This document shows, piece after piece, positions 43,621 through 52,815 of a stretch of DNA of 64,000 bases. This DNA comes from an uncultured virus (IMG/VR IMGVR_UViG_3300027805_000007) (lineage: Duplodnaviria > Heunggongvirae > Uroviricota > Caudoviricetes). Within the stretch, counting starts at the first letter, position 1, and every line of letters begins with the position of its first letter. The notes below the pieces were generated by a model. The model saw only the letters and a list, made by a program, of their open reading frames with translations. It ran no database searches and had not been told where the DNA came from. The DNA lies in the IMG/VR virus record IMGVR_UViG_3300027805_000007, one strand, 5' to 3'. The position numbers and the translations under genes are program-made.

Positions 43621-44379
43621 TTAATCAACGATTCCTCTCTGGCGGCGCCAGTTTACCCAGCCGATGGCTTGTGCTTGATGCGGGAGTATGCCAAGGTGAC
43701 CAGCGGCATTAAGGTGTGCTTGAACAAATGTGTTGTATCTAGTAGGTGTTTGTAAACCACGATCTTCACTACCGAGCACACGACCTACCGTGATGTCATG
43801 GGCGTGGCGATCAATTGTTACGCCTCTAGCGTCATCTGGGTTAACAATGTTTCTAAAGAAATTACCAGTTTTTCTATCCATTGGTAAGTGTTGTTCTGGG
43901 TCTACAGAACCTTCAAGAACCTCACGAGCCTGACGTACCTGTCTTCCCGTTACAAAACCACCACTAGCAGTTCCTGTATCCCTTAATTGACGTGCCATCC
44001 GTTGGTTGTCATTCCAACCAACTTGTGCACTCAATATTGCAATAGCGCCAGCCCCACGGCGCACATCGCCATTGCCAATTTCAGTTGCAAAGTCGTGAGC
44101 ACGCTTGTACCAATCCATACCAGACTTAACGTCTTCTGGACTAGCGGTTTTTACTGCATGTGTAACGTTGTGAACCATGCGACTAAATTGATTTGGGTGT
44201 AATTTATCCATACGGGAACCCAAGTCATTATTTGGATCCCAAGCCCCAATGTTTTTACTTCCTTTTTTTGGAAGTACTCGCTTATAGCCATGGGCAACAG
44301 GGTCAAAAGCACGACCAGTTGGAAGAGTTAATTCACCAGCGTTTTCTGGTACGTATAGTTCTCCGCCATCTTTAGCCAT
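43621..44379 (-). CDS. DNA-glycosylase-like helical protein (DUF7178-like)
   Basis: GMDWY, AILS..W..N, KT.NF..N, VTIDRHA, P.QAQAI.W. Confidence 0.6.
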   Translation of the reverse strand: MAKDGGELYVPENAGELTLPTGRAFDPVAHGYKRVLPKKGSKNIGAWDPNNDLGSRMDKLHPNQFSRMVHNVTHAVKTASPEDVKSGMDWYKRAHDFATEIGNGDVRRGAGAIAILSAQVGWNDNQRMARQLRDTGTASGGFVTGRQVRQAREVLEGSVDPEQHLPMDRKTGNFFRNIVNPDDARGVTIDRHAHDITVGRVLGSEDRGLQTPTRYNTFVQAHLNAAGHLGILPHQAQAIGWVNWRRQRGIVD

Positions 44380-44837
44380 TAGATACCATCCTCATTCTGT
44401 GGATTGGACTCTACGTAAGCACGGGTTCCTTGGGCACGACGACGCATAGGGTCTTGTGGGCGGTGGTTCATACGAACACCTGTAGAAGTTTTGTTTAAGT
44501 TAGATCGCATTGGCTTAAACAAGTCAAGTGCATCGGCGTAACCTACGCCAAGACCTGACATATTGCGACGCATATCAATCCCACCCTTAGGACCAGGTGT
44601 AGGACCAACCATTGGGTTTCGGTCGCCCGTCCCGTAATCAGGACGACGGTACTGTTGCTGTGATTCGTGGAAGTGTTGCTTACGGGATTTCATTGCTCCC
44701 GTAAAGAATCCAGCACCAGCATAAACCTGTCCAATGCCGATCCCTGAACTGGTATTAGTAGGGGGAGTCCCTAGACTCCCCCCACCATCAACAGCATTGT
44801 CAGTTGTGCTGGCGCCTGCATCGGCGCCGCCTTCCAT
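44379..44837 (-). CDS. Hypothetical low-complexity protein
   Basis: Operon packing. Confidence 0.7.
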   Translation of the reverse strand: MEGGADAGASTTDNAVDGGGSLGTPPTNTSSGIGIGQVYAGAGFFTGAMKSRKQHFHESQQQYRRPDYGTGDRNPMVGPTPGPKGGIDMRRNMSGLGVGYADALDLFKPMRSNLNKTSTGVRMNHRPQDPMRRRAQGTRAYVESNPQNEDGI

Positions 44838-44839
44838 AA

Positions 44840-45241
44840 CTAGTCGTTAACGACTGTTGGGTTCATGCGGTTCATATGACCGCCGCTGTTGTACTCGTAT
44901 TCAAACGATGGCATTCCATCGCCAGCCATTGAGCCTTGAACGAATTCGCTCAAAACCGTTGGGGCTTCAATCCATGAAGCCGAACCTACGTGAGCACGCT
45001 CACGCATTGTCTCTTCTGGGTACTTGTAAAACATTTCAGGGTTGTTGTGGTTCTGACGACCTGGAGCCGATGTCGGATCAAAGTATGCGCCACGAGCAAA
45101 GTCGTTTGGCACGTCGGTGTCAGTAGCGACACCTTCTTCAAAGCGAAGCGGTCCACGGTTACCTGGAATGCTTGGCGCCATTGAACGCTCAAAAACGTTC
45201 GGTGAGCGCTCTGGGAATTGTGGTGCTGGTGCTACGTTCAC
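44840..45241 (-). CDS. Hypothetical phage protein
   Basis: GGAGG RBS; GPLRFEEGVATDTDVP..AHVGSASW. Confidence 0.8.
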   Translation of the reverse strand: MNVAPAPQFPERSPNVFERSMAPSIPGNRGPLRFEEGVATDTDVPNDFARGAYFDPTSAPGRQNHNNPEMFYKYPEETMRERAHVGSASWIEAPTVLSEFVQGSMAGDGMPSFEYEYNSGGHMNRMNPTVVND

Positions 45242-45286
45242 GTAAGCCTCCGTAATAGGGGTTTTATTCTTGTTACTAGATTAGCA

Positions 45287-46849
45287 TCATTTAAAGAATG
45301 GATTTTCTGCCACCTGTATTTGAGGCAAAGTATCGTGTAGTGTCATAGAGCAAGCAATAGCCAGAGAGTCTGGATAGTCATCAAAAGCGCCTTTTTCCTC
45401 AGGAGCAGCCGCCAGCATATATGGACCACGGTAGATCTTTTCAAGGTCATTCATCTGCTGATTAAAGCGTTTCCATCCACGAGTACGGCGAGCCTTTGAG
45501 TGCCCTGGAATTATTAATTGTTCTCTCTGAATCAACTCGGTAAGATGTACCCATCTTTCGTGTTGGGTCTTAGAGTCTGAGGACACGGCAATAACTTCAA
45601 TATCGGGCAAAAGGATTTGCATACGCTCGGCTACAGCGCCACCAACACCCTGAGAGTCAATACCAATTCTCAGAGGGTCATAGTTACGCAAGAAGTCAAT
45701 AATCTGGAAGTACTGCTGTTCCCATTCCTCGTTGTTGATTTCCAACCAGTTGAGGACACGGTGCTCATGGAAGCCGAATGGATCTGGGTGATCCCAGTCC
45801 ACCCAACAAACAGTCACTACGGTGGAGTCATTAGAGCGGGCAACGTCAATACCGACCACAACGGGTGTTCTCCACCATTGCTTTACAAGGGCCATAGAGG
45901 GGTCGTAGAGCCTCTCTAAGCGCTCTTCGGTGACAAACATACCTTTGTCCAGCACCCAGTGGTTTTCATATGACATTCTGAACTCGTCAGAATCTTCACC
46001 AATACGCAGTTTCTCTTTAGCGATGAACTTGGCATAGTTAGGGTTGTACTTGGCGGCGACTCGCCAGTCATACTCAAAGTGACATGGGCGGAACTTACGA
46101 CCACCATTGACGGTGCGTCGCTTGTTGTATTGGATCATCTTGTAGAAATAAGACTTGTTACGGGTAGCCGTTCCTGTTAGGCAAATGCTTCCGTTGTTAA
46201 ACGCCAACATCGGCTTAATTGATTTGGCAATCATGTACTCGTCGGCTTCCTGAGCCTCGTCAATGAGCACGAAGTGATAAGTCTTTGATTCAATCTTTGC
46301 TTTTGGGTTACAGGTCTGCATACGGCAAAGTGAACCAGAATGCTTCAAGGTGATAATGCGACCCTTACCACGAGAACCACCTGATGTTGCTTTGTCACCA
46401 ATCTCTGGATCAAGGAGGAATTCAATTGCGTGGTCACTTGTTAGTTTGCTAACGATACGACTGAATACAGTATCTGCTTGGTCTTCAACTGGGGCGAACA
46501 CACCACACCAGAATCCCTTTTCAAACTTTTCTAGCCATGTTGGATATACCCTTGCCAATTTAGGCAAGATAACCATAAGTGATGCCATGACGTTAGACAA
46601 CACTTCCGATTTACCTGACTGGCGTGTGGCAACTACCGTCATTTCTTCACCGTCACCAAGGATGACAGATTCAATTAAGCGATAGGCAATAGGAATCTGA
46701 TACGGGAACAATTCCACATTACAGAACTCCTCGGTAAACACAATAATGCGTTTAACCAATTCGTCTATGAATTCGGCGGACGTTTCGTCCAGTTCCTCGG
46801 CTATGTCCTCCGCTAAGAGGTTTTCGTCTAGTTCGTCGTCTGTGAGCAC
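45287..46849 (-). CDS. terL: Terminase large subunit
   Basis: RQSGKS Walker A, LIDEAQ Walker B, GIDVAR..DSTV, DDYPDS nuclease motifs. Confidence 0.93.
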   Translation of the reverse strand: MLTDDELDENLLAEDIAEELDETSAEFIDELVKRIIVFTEEFCNVELFPYQIPIAYRLIESVILGDGEEMTVVATRQSGKSEVLSNVMASLMVILPKLARVYPTWLEKFEKGFWCGVFAPVEDQADTVFSRIVSKLTSDHAIEFLLDPEIGDKATSGGSRGKGRIITLKHSGSLCRMQTCNPKAKIESKTYHFVLIDEAQEADEYMIAKSIKPMLAFNNGSICLTGTATRNKSYFYKMIQYNKRRTVNGGRKFRPCHFEYDWRVAAKYNPNYAKFIAKEKLRIGEDSDEFRMSYENHWVLDKGMFVTEERLERLYDPSMALVKQWWRTPVVVGIDVARSNDSTVVTVCWVDWDHPDPFGFHEHRVLNWLEINNEEWEQQYFQIIDFLRNYDPLRIGIDSQGVGGAVAERMQILLPDIEVIAVSSDSKTQHERWVHLTELIQREQLIIPGHSKARRTRGWKRFNQQMNDLEKIYRGPYMLAAAPEEKGAFDDYPDSLAIACSMTLHDTLPQIQVAENPFFK

Positions 46850-46867
46850 AGACCAATCATAGACTAA

Positions 46868-47158
46868 TTAGTAGTCGGTGTTGTCAAACTTCAGTTGAAG
46901 TTGGTTGTCGTTGTGGGCAAATGCACGTGATGGGCGCAGTTCTGAGATCAATGCGGCGGCATCTTCAATAATCATGATGAGGGTTTTGATGTCCACAAGG
47001 GTTCCTTCTTCTACGTCCACATTTGGAGAAGGGATAAAGACCTTAGGGGAGTACCCCTCGGTTACAAGAAACAGGTCGTGGACGGCGTTAGTTAGGCGAC
47101 GCTTATCGCTGTTTTCAAGGTTGGTGATTAGTGCTTTGGTTGTTGTGTTGTTTGACAT
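46868..47158 (-). CDS. Hypothetical protein, probably leaderless
   Basis: TACCAT 7 nt before ATG 47158. Confidence 0.65.
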   Translation of the reverse strand: MSNNTTTKALITNLENSDKRRLTNAVHDLFLVTEGYSPKVFIPSPNVDVEEGTLVDIKTLIMIIEDAAALISELRPSRAFAHNDNQLQLKFDNTDY

Positions 47159-47177
47159 AAATCCGATGGTATCAGTA

Positions 47178-47411
47178 CTAACGCTGATCGTCAACCCTTT
47201 GTTGTAACTCTGCCCAAATTGCAGAAAGTGCTTCTATTGCCTCAGTCACTTCTGCTTCTGGTCCGCCATGAAAGCGCCAACGATCAAATGATGCGCCAAG
47301 GTTCATGATGCTGGTATCAAACCATTGAAGTAAAGAAGAACGGTCAAGATTCTTGATCCGTTTTGGAATGATTGTTTCTTCTTTCTTTTCTTCTTTCTTA
47401 AAGAATGCCAT
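47178..47411 (-). CDS. Hypothetical protein
   Basis: TGATG coupling. Confidence 0.7.
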   Translation of the reverse strand: MAFFKKEEKKEETIIPKRIKNLDRSSLLQWFDTSIMNLGASFDRWRFHGGPEAEVTEAIEALSAIWAELQQRVDDQR

Positions 47412-47710
47412 CACCACAATCCAATCTCACTAGCAGGGGTATTCATCTCACGTCCACCAACTGCTTTTAAGATACCCGCAGTTTCATCAGAAACCTTGAC
47501 CTTTTTACAACGTCCTATTTGTACAGTGTGTTTTTTAGTACGGATCTGTATCCCTTTACCGTGTCGCCAAGGAGGGTCAGTCTCATGCATAAACCCTGTG
47601 CAAATACGAGGGGTTCTTGAATCTACAAAGTCTCTAGTGATCCAGTAAATAGAGAAGAAACTGTGGACTTTGTTTAAACTAAATATCCGTAAAATACGTG
47701 GAAATTTCAT
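47411..47710 (-). CDS. Hypothetical protein (start uncertain)
   Basis: Fills the gap between neighbouring genes. Confidence 0.55.
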   Translation of the reverse strand: MKFPRILRIFSLNKVHSFFSIYWITRDFVDSRTPRICTGFMHETDPPWRHGKGIQIRTKKHTVQIGRCKKVKVSDETAGILKAVGGREMNTPASEIGLW

Positions 47711-48176
47711 CACTTGTAGCCCTGCTGTATGGAAACTTGTTGAGAACGGAATTAATATACTGCCCTTTTGATGGAGACGCCGCAAATGATTCATAAACCT
47801 GCTGTGGAACGTTCATGTACTTCCATGGTGTTCCACCACTGTCTTTGTACTTCCAGAAGCGTACAAATAAGGTACCGTAACGCTGACCAGCCATAATGGA
47901 TCCAGCACCTGTGGTTCTGCGATCTTCGTCTGACAGATCTTCTGTGTTGTAGGTTACAAACTTGTATCCGCTAACACGACTGCTTTCGTTAGTGGCGTGG
48001 TTGTTTCCAGGAACCCATGGAATCTCCACCATCTGATTGGCTTCAGAGCGAGCCAAGTTGTCCTCACGCATGCGCTTGCGTTCGTTTTCAATGTTGGCAG
48101 TACCTGAGTACAGAGTCAGTGCAGCGTTAATTCGCTGCCTACCTGATCCGCTTAAACCTCTGGGGCGTGGTGCCAT
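47679..48176 (-). CDS. KTSC-domain protein
   Basis: LFVRF..YMNVPQQVYESFAASPSKGQYINS. Confidence 0.8.
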   Translation of the reverse strand: MAPRPRGLSGSGRQRINAALTLYSGTANIENERKRMREDNLARSEANQMVEIPWVPGNNHATNESSRVSGYKFVTYNTEDLSDEDRRTTGAGSIMAGQRYGTLFVRFWKYKDSGGTPWKYMNVPQQVYESFAASPSKGQYINSVLNKFPYSRATSDEISTYFTDI

Positions 48177-48180
48177 TTAT

Positions 48181-48963
48181 TTATTTTAGTCCTAAAAGTT
48201 CTTTTACTTTTGGACCAGGGAAGAAGTCAGGCTTTAGACCATTGGCAATTTTAAAAGCCTTGATTGCCTCGTCGGTTGCTGAGTCTTTTTGACCGTTAAT
48301 TTCACCATTGTAGAAACCTTTTGCCTTGAGCGCTTCTTGTAGTTTCTTGATGTCGTCTCCGCCTGCGGCAGGAGCGGCGGCTGGGGCATTACCTACTGGG
48401 GCAACTACGCCGTTAGCGTCCATCCATGCTTTAACCGATGCAGGGATATTGTCTCCGCAGACATAACGCAAGTGCCATGGTTCGCTTGGAACAACTTCCC
48501 ATGAAAAACCAAACTCTTTAACGTTTGCAATAAGCCAGTTGAGACGCTTTGGCTCTGATGCTGAATGAACGTCAACCGCCAAGCCGAGGTTATGCTGTGA
48601 TTTACCAGGTGTAGCCAACATCGCCATACCCTTCTTGAGATACCAAGTCTTACCTTCAAAGGTTTTGGTGCTGGTTCCATCCACTTTGTCAAGTGTGTAG
48701 CGAGTAAGAAATCCCTTTTTTTGGCTTTCGTAATCTCTGTATGTGTCGCCGCTGGAAGTCGGTTTTAATTCAACGCCTTCAGCCTTGGCTTTTTCAACCA
48801 TTGCTGTCCATGCGCATGCGGCGATCCAATGCATCTTTCCGCCACCAGGAACTGCTTTGAGAAGGTTGGCAGGGAGTTTTCCTGGCTCAATACCTTTAAG
48901 GTCTTTTGGAAGAACTACTGGAACAATGTAATCCCATGCAAGTTTGCCCATGATTTCCACCAT
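48181..48963 (-). CDS. Endolysin: M15 (VanY-like) peptidase plus peptidoglycan-binding domain
   Basis: YR...Q, ATPGKSQHNLGLAVD, EPWH; DIKKLQEALKAKGFY.G..AIKAFK..NGL. Confidence 0.88.
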   Translation of the reverse strand: MVEIMGKLAWDYIVPVVLPKDLKGIEPGKLPANLLKAVPGGGKMHWIAACAWTAMVEKAKAEGVELKPTSSGDTYRDYESQKKGFLTRYTLDKVDGTSTKTFEGKTWYLKKGMAMLATPGKSQHNLGLAVDVHSASEPKRLNWLIANVKEFGFSWEVVPSEPWHLRYVCGDNIPASVKAWMDANGVVAPVGNAPAAAPAAGGDDIKKLQEALKAKGFYNGEINGQKDSATDEAIKAFKIANGLKPDFFPGPKVKELLGLK

Positions 48964-49010
48964 CTTTCCTGTTAAATACAGCGTTGTCTTGGCACCATTT
49001 TACACCATAA

Positions 49011-49030
49011 TGCCAGTATTGCTACTGGCA
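49011..49030 (-). terminator. Terminator-like hairpin after the fibre/oxygenase array
   Basis: TGCCAGTA-GCAA-TACTGGCA perfect 8-bp stem. Confidence 0.55.
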
Positions 49031-49059
49031 CAAAGGTTACCCAGCGACTGTAACGCCTT

Positions 49060-49629
49060 TTATATGCCAGTAATATTTATATTCAATACACAGCGTTTTG
49101 TAGAAATTAAAGGCAATTGGGCAGAATGGGGGACATCCGAATTAAAAACAACTAAACAGTTTTCTTTTGGTGTTTGCCTATGGATGATGTTTTTGTTTTC
49201 GTAGAATAATGTATCACCGTCAGAGTCGTTAAAATAATAAAGACCAGTAAAACCATTATTCATATCTGTATGTATTTGCGGTTCAACCTGTTTGCCTACA
49301 TTCAAAGTTAAATTAAGTTTTAATCTAATTAGTTGATAACTGGTTAAACCAAGTGCGTCAACCATTCCATAAACAATTGGCTGAAACAAAGATAAATAGT
49401 TTGATTGACTATCTATTGAATAGGCAATATGAGTAAAACCATGTAACTCTATTGGATACTTTTTGTTTGGTTCATTTTCTAAATGACCTGAATCATGAAA
49501 ATACCAATCAAAGTTATTGCCTAGAACAATGTCTTTAACAACTTTGAAATGGGTATCACCGAGTAAATTGTTTATGAATAGTGGGTTATTAGTTACAACA
49601 CCATCAGTAATTTGTGCAAAATGTGCCAT
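49060..49629 (-). CDS. 2OG-Fe(II) oxygenase
   Basis: HTD..LYYFNDSDGDTLF..VVF..HSA..RCVLNIN; AT-rich. Confidence 0.85.
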   Translation of the reverse strand: MAHFAQITDGVVTNNPLFINNLLGDTHFKVVKDIVLGNNFDWYFHDSGHLENEPNKKYPIELHGFTHIAYSIDSQSNYLSLFQPIVYGMVDALGLTSYQLIRLKLNLTLNVGKQVEPQIHTDMNNGFTGLYYFNDSDGDTLFYENKNIIHRQTPKENCLVVFNSDVPHSAQLPLISTKRCVLNINITGI

Positions 49630-50558
49630 TAAAAAGTAATACTCCCCGAACCAGTCCAAGTATAAACACGATATCCAGAACGAGATGTTGTATTGATTGT
49701 TGGAGAACCAGTAGTTGCAACAGCAGCATCAAAATCTAATGGATAGGCAACAATGACCACACCACTTCCGCCCGATTGACCATTTGTTGTCAAATGCAAA
49801 TATCGGGAGCCACCGCCACCGCCACCGCCCGTGTTTGACGAACCTGCTGTTGGTGTCCATGCTCCTGAACCACCGCCACCTGCGCCTCCAGCACCGCCAC
49901 TACCAAACTCTAAGAAGTTTCCTGCTCCGCCTCCGCCGCCTCGGAATGTAGCGGTTCCGTCTATGGATGACGAACTACCATTACCACCAGCACCACCGTT
50001 TTCACCTTGGTTGTTTTGACCAACTGCTCCAGCACCGCCACCGCCACCGCCAGCCCGTGAACGCCCATTGATTACACCCGCTCCAGAACCACCATTGTTA
50101 CCTTGTGACGGACTTACTGATGGTGTGTTACCTGCACCACCGTTTGAACCATTACCATGACCACCTCCACCTGAACCACCAGCAATAGTTCCACCGCCAC
50201 CGCCACCAGCAGATGAAATAGATGAAAATACAGACGCAGTTCCACTTCCACCGTTTCCAAGTGAGCCTGAAGAACCACCGCCGCCACCGCCAACAGTGAC
50301 AGTTAGTGCAACACCAGCAGAAACAGCAAAAGATGCTGAAGTGCGATAACCGCCCGCACCACCTCCACCACCACCGTCTGTGCCGCCGCCTCCACCGCCA
50401 CCGCCAACAACAAGGTATTCAACGCTAGATGGAGGATTTGGACCACCACCAGACCAGTAAGCAGCAACCTGAGCCGTGTTACCACGGCTACTACGTGGAG
50501 CCAATGACCCACCACTAATGGCTTTACCACCAGATGTGCTTTTTAAAATAGAAGGCAC
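49629..50558 (-). CDS. Glycine-rich adhesin/tail-fibre tip protein
   Basis: VEYLVVGGGGGG...[10 protein letters not shown]...YTWTGSGSITF. Confidence 0.8.
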   Translation of the reverse strand: MPSILKSTSGGKAISGGSLAPRSSRGNTAQVAAYWSGGGPNPPSSVEYLVVGGGGGGGGTDGGGGGGAGGYRTSASFAVSAGVALTVTVGGGGGGSSGSLGNGGSGTASVFSSISSAGGGGGGTIAGGSGGGGHGNGSNGGAGNTPSVSPSQGNNGGSGAGVINGRSRAGGGGGGAGAVGQNNQGENGGAGGNGSSSSIDGTATFRGGGGGAGNFLEFGSGGAGGAGGGGSGAWTPTAGSSNTGGGGGGGSRYLHLTTNGQSGGSGVVIVAYPLDFDAAVATTGSPTINTTSRSGYRVYTWTGSGSITF

Positions 50559-50567
50559 AAAGACCCC

Positions 50568-50939
50568 TTACGCTGTGATGCGGTTAACGTACCCGTGAAT
50601 CACAATTTCGTTTGCTGTTCCAGCAAAAGCACGAACGACCTTAGCGGTTGCGTTACCCTGCAACAAAAGACCTGGAACAATTAGGTAAAGACCGTTCTCA
50701 GCCTTAACCGTGTATTCAATGTTTCCGTTTGGTTCAGTTGCTTCGCCCCACTCAATCGTCAACTTAATGTCCGATGTGTGAGTATTAACTGCGTACAACC
50801 AGATCTCATCAATCGTGGTAGCAGTTGACGACGCTGTGTGTATTGCTGTACCAGCAGTTGCGGTTGCGGCTACAAGGATGCCCAAACCAGTTCCCGTTGT
50901 ACCTGCTGGTTGTAGCGCTAACTTAGTAAATGTTGCCAT
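50568..50939 (-). CDS. Fibre adaptor-like beta protein
   Basis: 123 aa; between a short stalk gene and a Gly-rich gene. Confidence 0.65.
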   Translation of the reverse strand: MATFTKLALQPAGTTGTGLGILVAATATAGTAIHTASSTATTIDEIWLYAVNTHTSDIKLTIEWGEATEPNGNIEYTVKAENGLYLIVPGLLLQGNATAKVVRAFAGTANEIVIHGYVNRITA

Positions 50940-50947
50940 TATTGCTC

Positions 50948-51205
50948 CTAACTAAAAACTTGAGAACTGATGACCGCTTGGTCAGTATCATAGACCGCAT
51001 TGGTACCGTTAGTACCGTTGGTTCCGTTAGCACCAGCCGCCCCAGCAATACCGCCATAAGCAAGACTAGTCCATGCGGTTAGACCATCACCGATCTTAAA
51101 CTGGTCGGTATCTGTTTCAATACCCATTTCACCTTCAGCAAGTGTTGGGTTGGCACTAGTCCATGCGGATGCAGTACCACGGCGAAATTGAATCTGTACA
51201 GCCAT
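50948..51205 (-). CDS. Short fibre protein with an Mtd-N/hyaluronidase-N-like domain and GxN repeats
   Basis: IQFRRGTASAWTSANPTLAEGEMGIETDT..KIGDG..W. Confidence 0.8.
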   Translation of the reverse strand: MAVQIQFRRGTASAWTSANPTLAEGEMGIETDTDQFKIGDGLTAWTSLAYGGIAGAAGANGTNGTNGTNAVYDTDQAVISSQVFS

Positions 51206-51227
51206 AGGGTACTAGTTTACCTTAGAG

Positions 51228-52439
51228 TTACCAAGTGATTGAACCAGTTGACAAGAAGACGTACGTTTTATAACCGTTTGCGTTAGTCATTGTTACACCA
51301 CTTCCTGTAGTTAAAGCAGTTGGGTATGTTGATGAGGTTCTAATCACAACTGCTCCTGAACCACCTGCTCCACCGTTACCAGTAGAGTGGCCTCCACCAC
51401 CACCACCTCCACCAGTGTTTGCGCCACCAGCGCCACCAGGATAGTTAGTATCACTGTTTGTACCACCAGTACCAGCAGCACCTACGTTACGTCCCCCAGT
51501 ACCACCTGCTCCAGGACTTGTAGTTGCTTTTGCACCGCCACCGCCACCGCCTAAACCACCGTTACCACCAGGCATTGCTCCTGTATAACCAGAGCCACCA
51601 CCACCGCCACCGTAGTAAAAACCATCAATAGGGTTAATAACACCAGCGCCACCATTTCCTGGAGTAGACCCTGACACGACTGTGGCTCCGTTTGCTCCTG
51701 CTCCAGCGCCTCCACCACCAGCATAGTTAAGACCATCGGCACCAATACCATTACCACCAGTTCTTCCACCGTAGGCAGTTCCTGTGGCACCTGCTGGGAT
51801 TGTGTCTATCGTTCCAGTTTGTCCTGCTGTCCTTACACCGTCTGAAGAACCACCTGCACCGTTAGCACCACCAGTAGCATTAGCATTATTAAAATAAGAT
51901 GATGCACTTCTGTTCCAACCTGCTCCACCACCTTTACAAGTAGCACCTGCAAAAGAAGAAGAAGCCCCAATACTTCCACCAGTATCAGTACCTTGACCAC
52001 TGCTTATTGTTCCAGCACCACCAGCACCAACTGTAACTGTGTAAGTGTTTCCGTAAACTAGTGAACTAGAACTTACGTACATAGCACCACCGCCACCAGC
52101 GCCACCAGTTAGTGACGTTCCAGCACCACCGCCACCAGCAGCAATGAAGTACTCAGTAGTAATAGAATTATTAAAAATAACGCCATTTGACCAGTTTGTA
52201 CCCGTGTATATTCTCAGTAGGTTAGTATCTGTTTCGTAAATACTTTGCCCTGTATTAGGGGTTGCAGGGCGAGTAGTACTAGTGCAAACAGTAATACCAC
52301 CAGCACCAGCCGCAATCTTTGCAGACGTTACCGCACCATCGGCTAGTTTTGCCGTGGTAATTGAACCGTCAGTTACAGCACCAAGGTTGTACTTGGTTTT
52401 GTTTTCTGCGAATTGAAGTTCAAAATCAAGTGGGTCCAT
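51228..52439 (-). CDS. Glycine-rich adhesin/tail-fibre protein
   Basis: TTAKLADGAVTSAKI; VCTSTTRP..GQSIYETDT; polyglycine domain. Confidence 0.8.
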   Translation of the reverse strand: MDPLDFELQFAENKTKYNLGAVTDGSITTAKLADGAVTSAKIAAGAGGITVCTSTTRPATPNTGQSIYETDTNLLRIYTGTNWSNGVIFNNSITTEYFIAAGGGGAGTSLTGGAGGGGAMYVSSSSLVYGNTYTVTVGAGGAGTISSGQGTDTGGSIGASSSFAGATCKGGGAGWNRSASSYFNNANATGGANGAGGSSDGVRTAGQTGTIDTIPAGATGTAYGGRTGGNGIGADGLNYAGGGGAGAGANGATVVSGSTPGNGGAGVINPIDGFYYGGGGGGSGYTGAMPGGNGGLGGGGGGAKATTSPGAGGTGGRNVGAAGTGGTNSDTNYPGGAGGANTGGGGGGGGHSTGNGGAGGSGAVVIRTSSTYPTALTTGSGVTMTNANGYKTYVFLSTGSITW

Positions 52440-52804
52440 TACGCAGGAAGTGTTACTTCATCCCATTCTTGGTTTGCTTCATCCCAGGTGTAGAAACCTT
52501 CTGTTGGGCGAGCAACTGGTGCTTCCCATTCAGTGGTTTCTTCGTTAAGTGACCATGATGGGTAAGGCTTTGGGGCGATGTAAGCATCCAAATCTGATCG
52601 GTAGGTGTAACCAATACCTGCGTAACGAGCACGCATGTTGCCGTTGTATGAGGTCTGCTTCCATGTTCCACCAAGAAGGTTGCGACAGAATTCAGCGCCT
52701 ACGGCTTCTGATTCGTTGCCCTCTGAGTCCTTACAATCATCGTTAGATACTACGATTACTCGCAATACGATGTTGTCTTCACCAAGTTCTGCAAAATGTG
52801 CCAT
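52439..52804 (-). CDS. Fibre-associated chaperone-like protein (MAHFAE family)
   Basis: MAHFAE..WKQTSYN..YAGIGY..PKPYPSW..WEAP..WDE. Confidence 0.75.
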   Translation of the reverse strand: MAHFAELGEDNIVLRVIVVSNDDCKDSEGNESEAVGAEFCRNLLGGTWKQTSYNGNMRARYAGIGYTYRSDLDAYIAPKPYPSWSLNEETTEWEAPVARPTEGFYTWDEANQEWDEVTLPA

Positions 52805-52815
52805 TTAAGTTTCTC

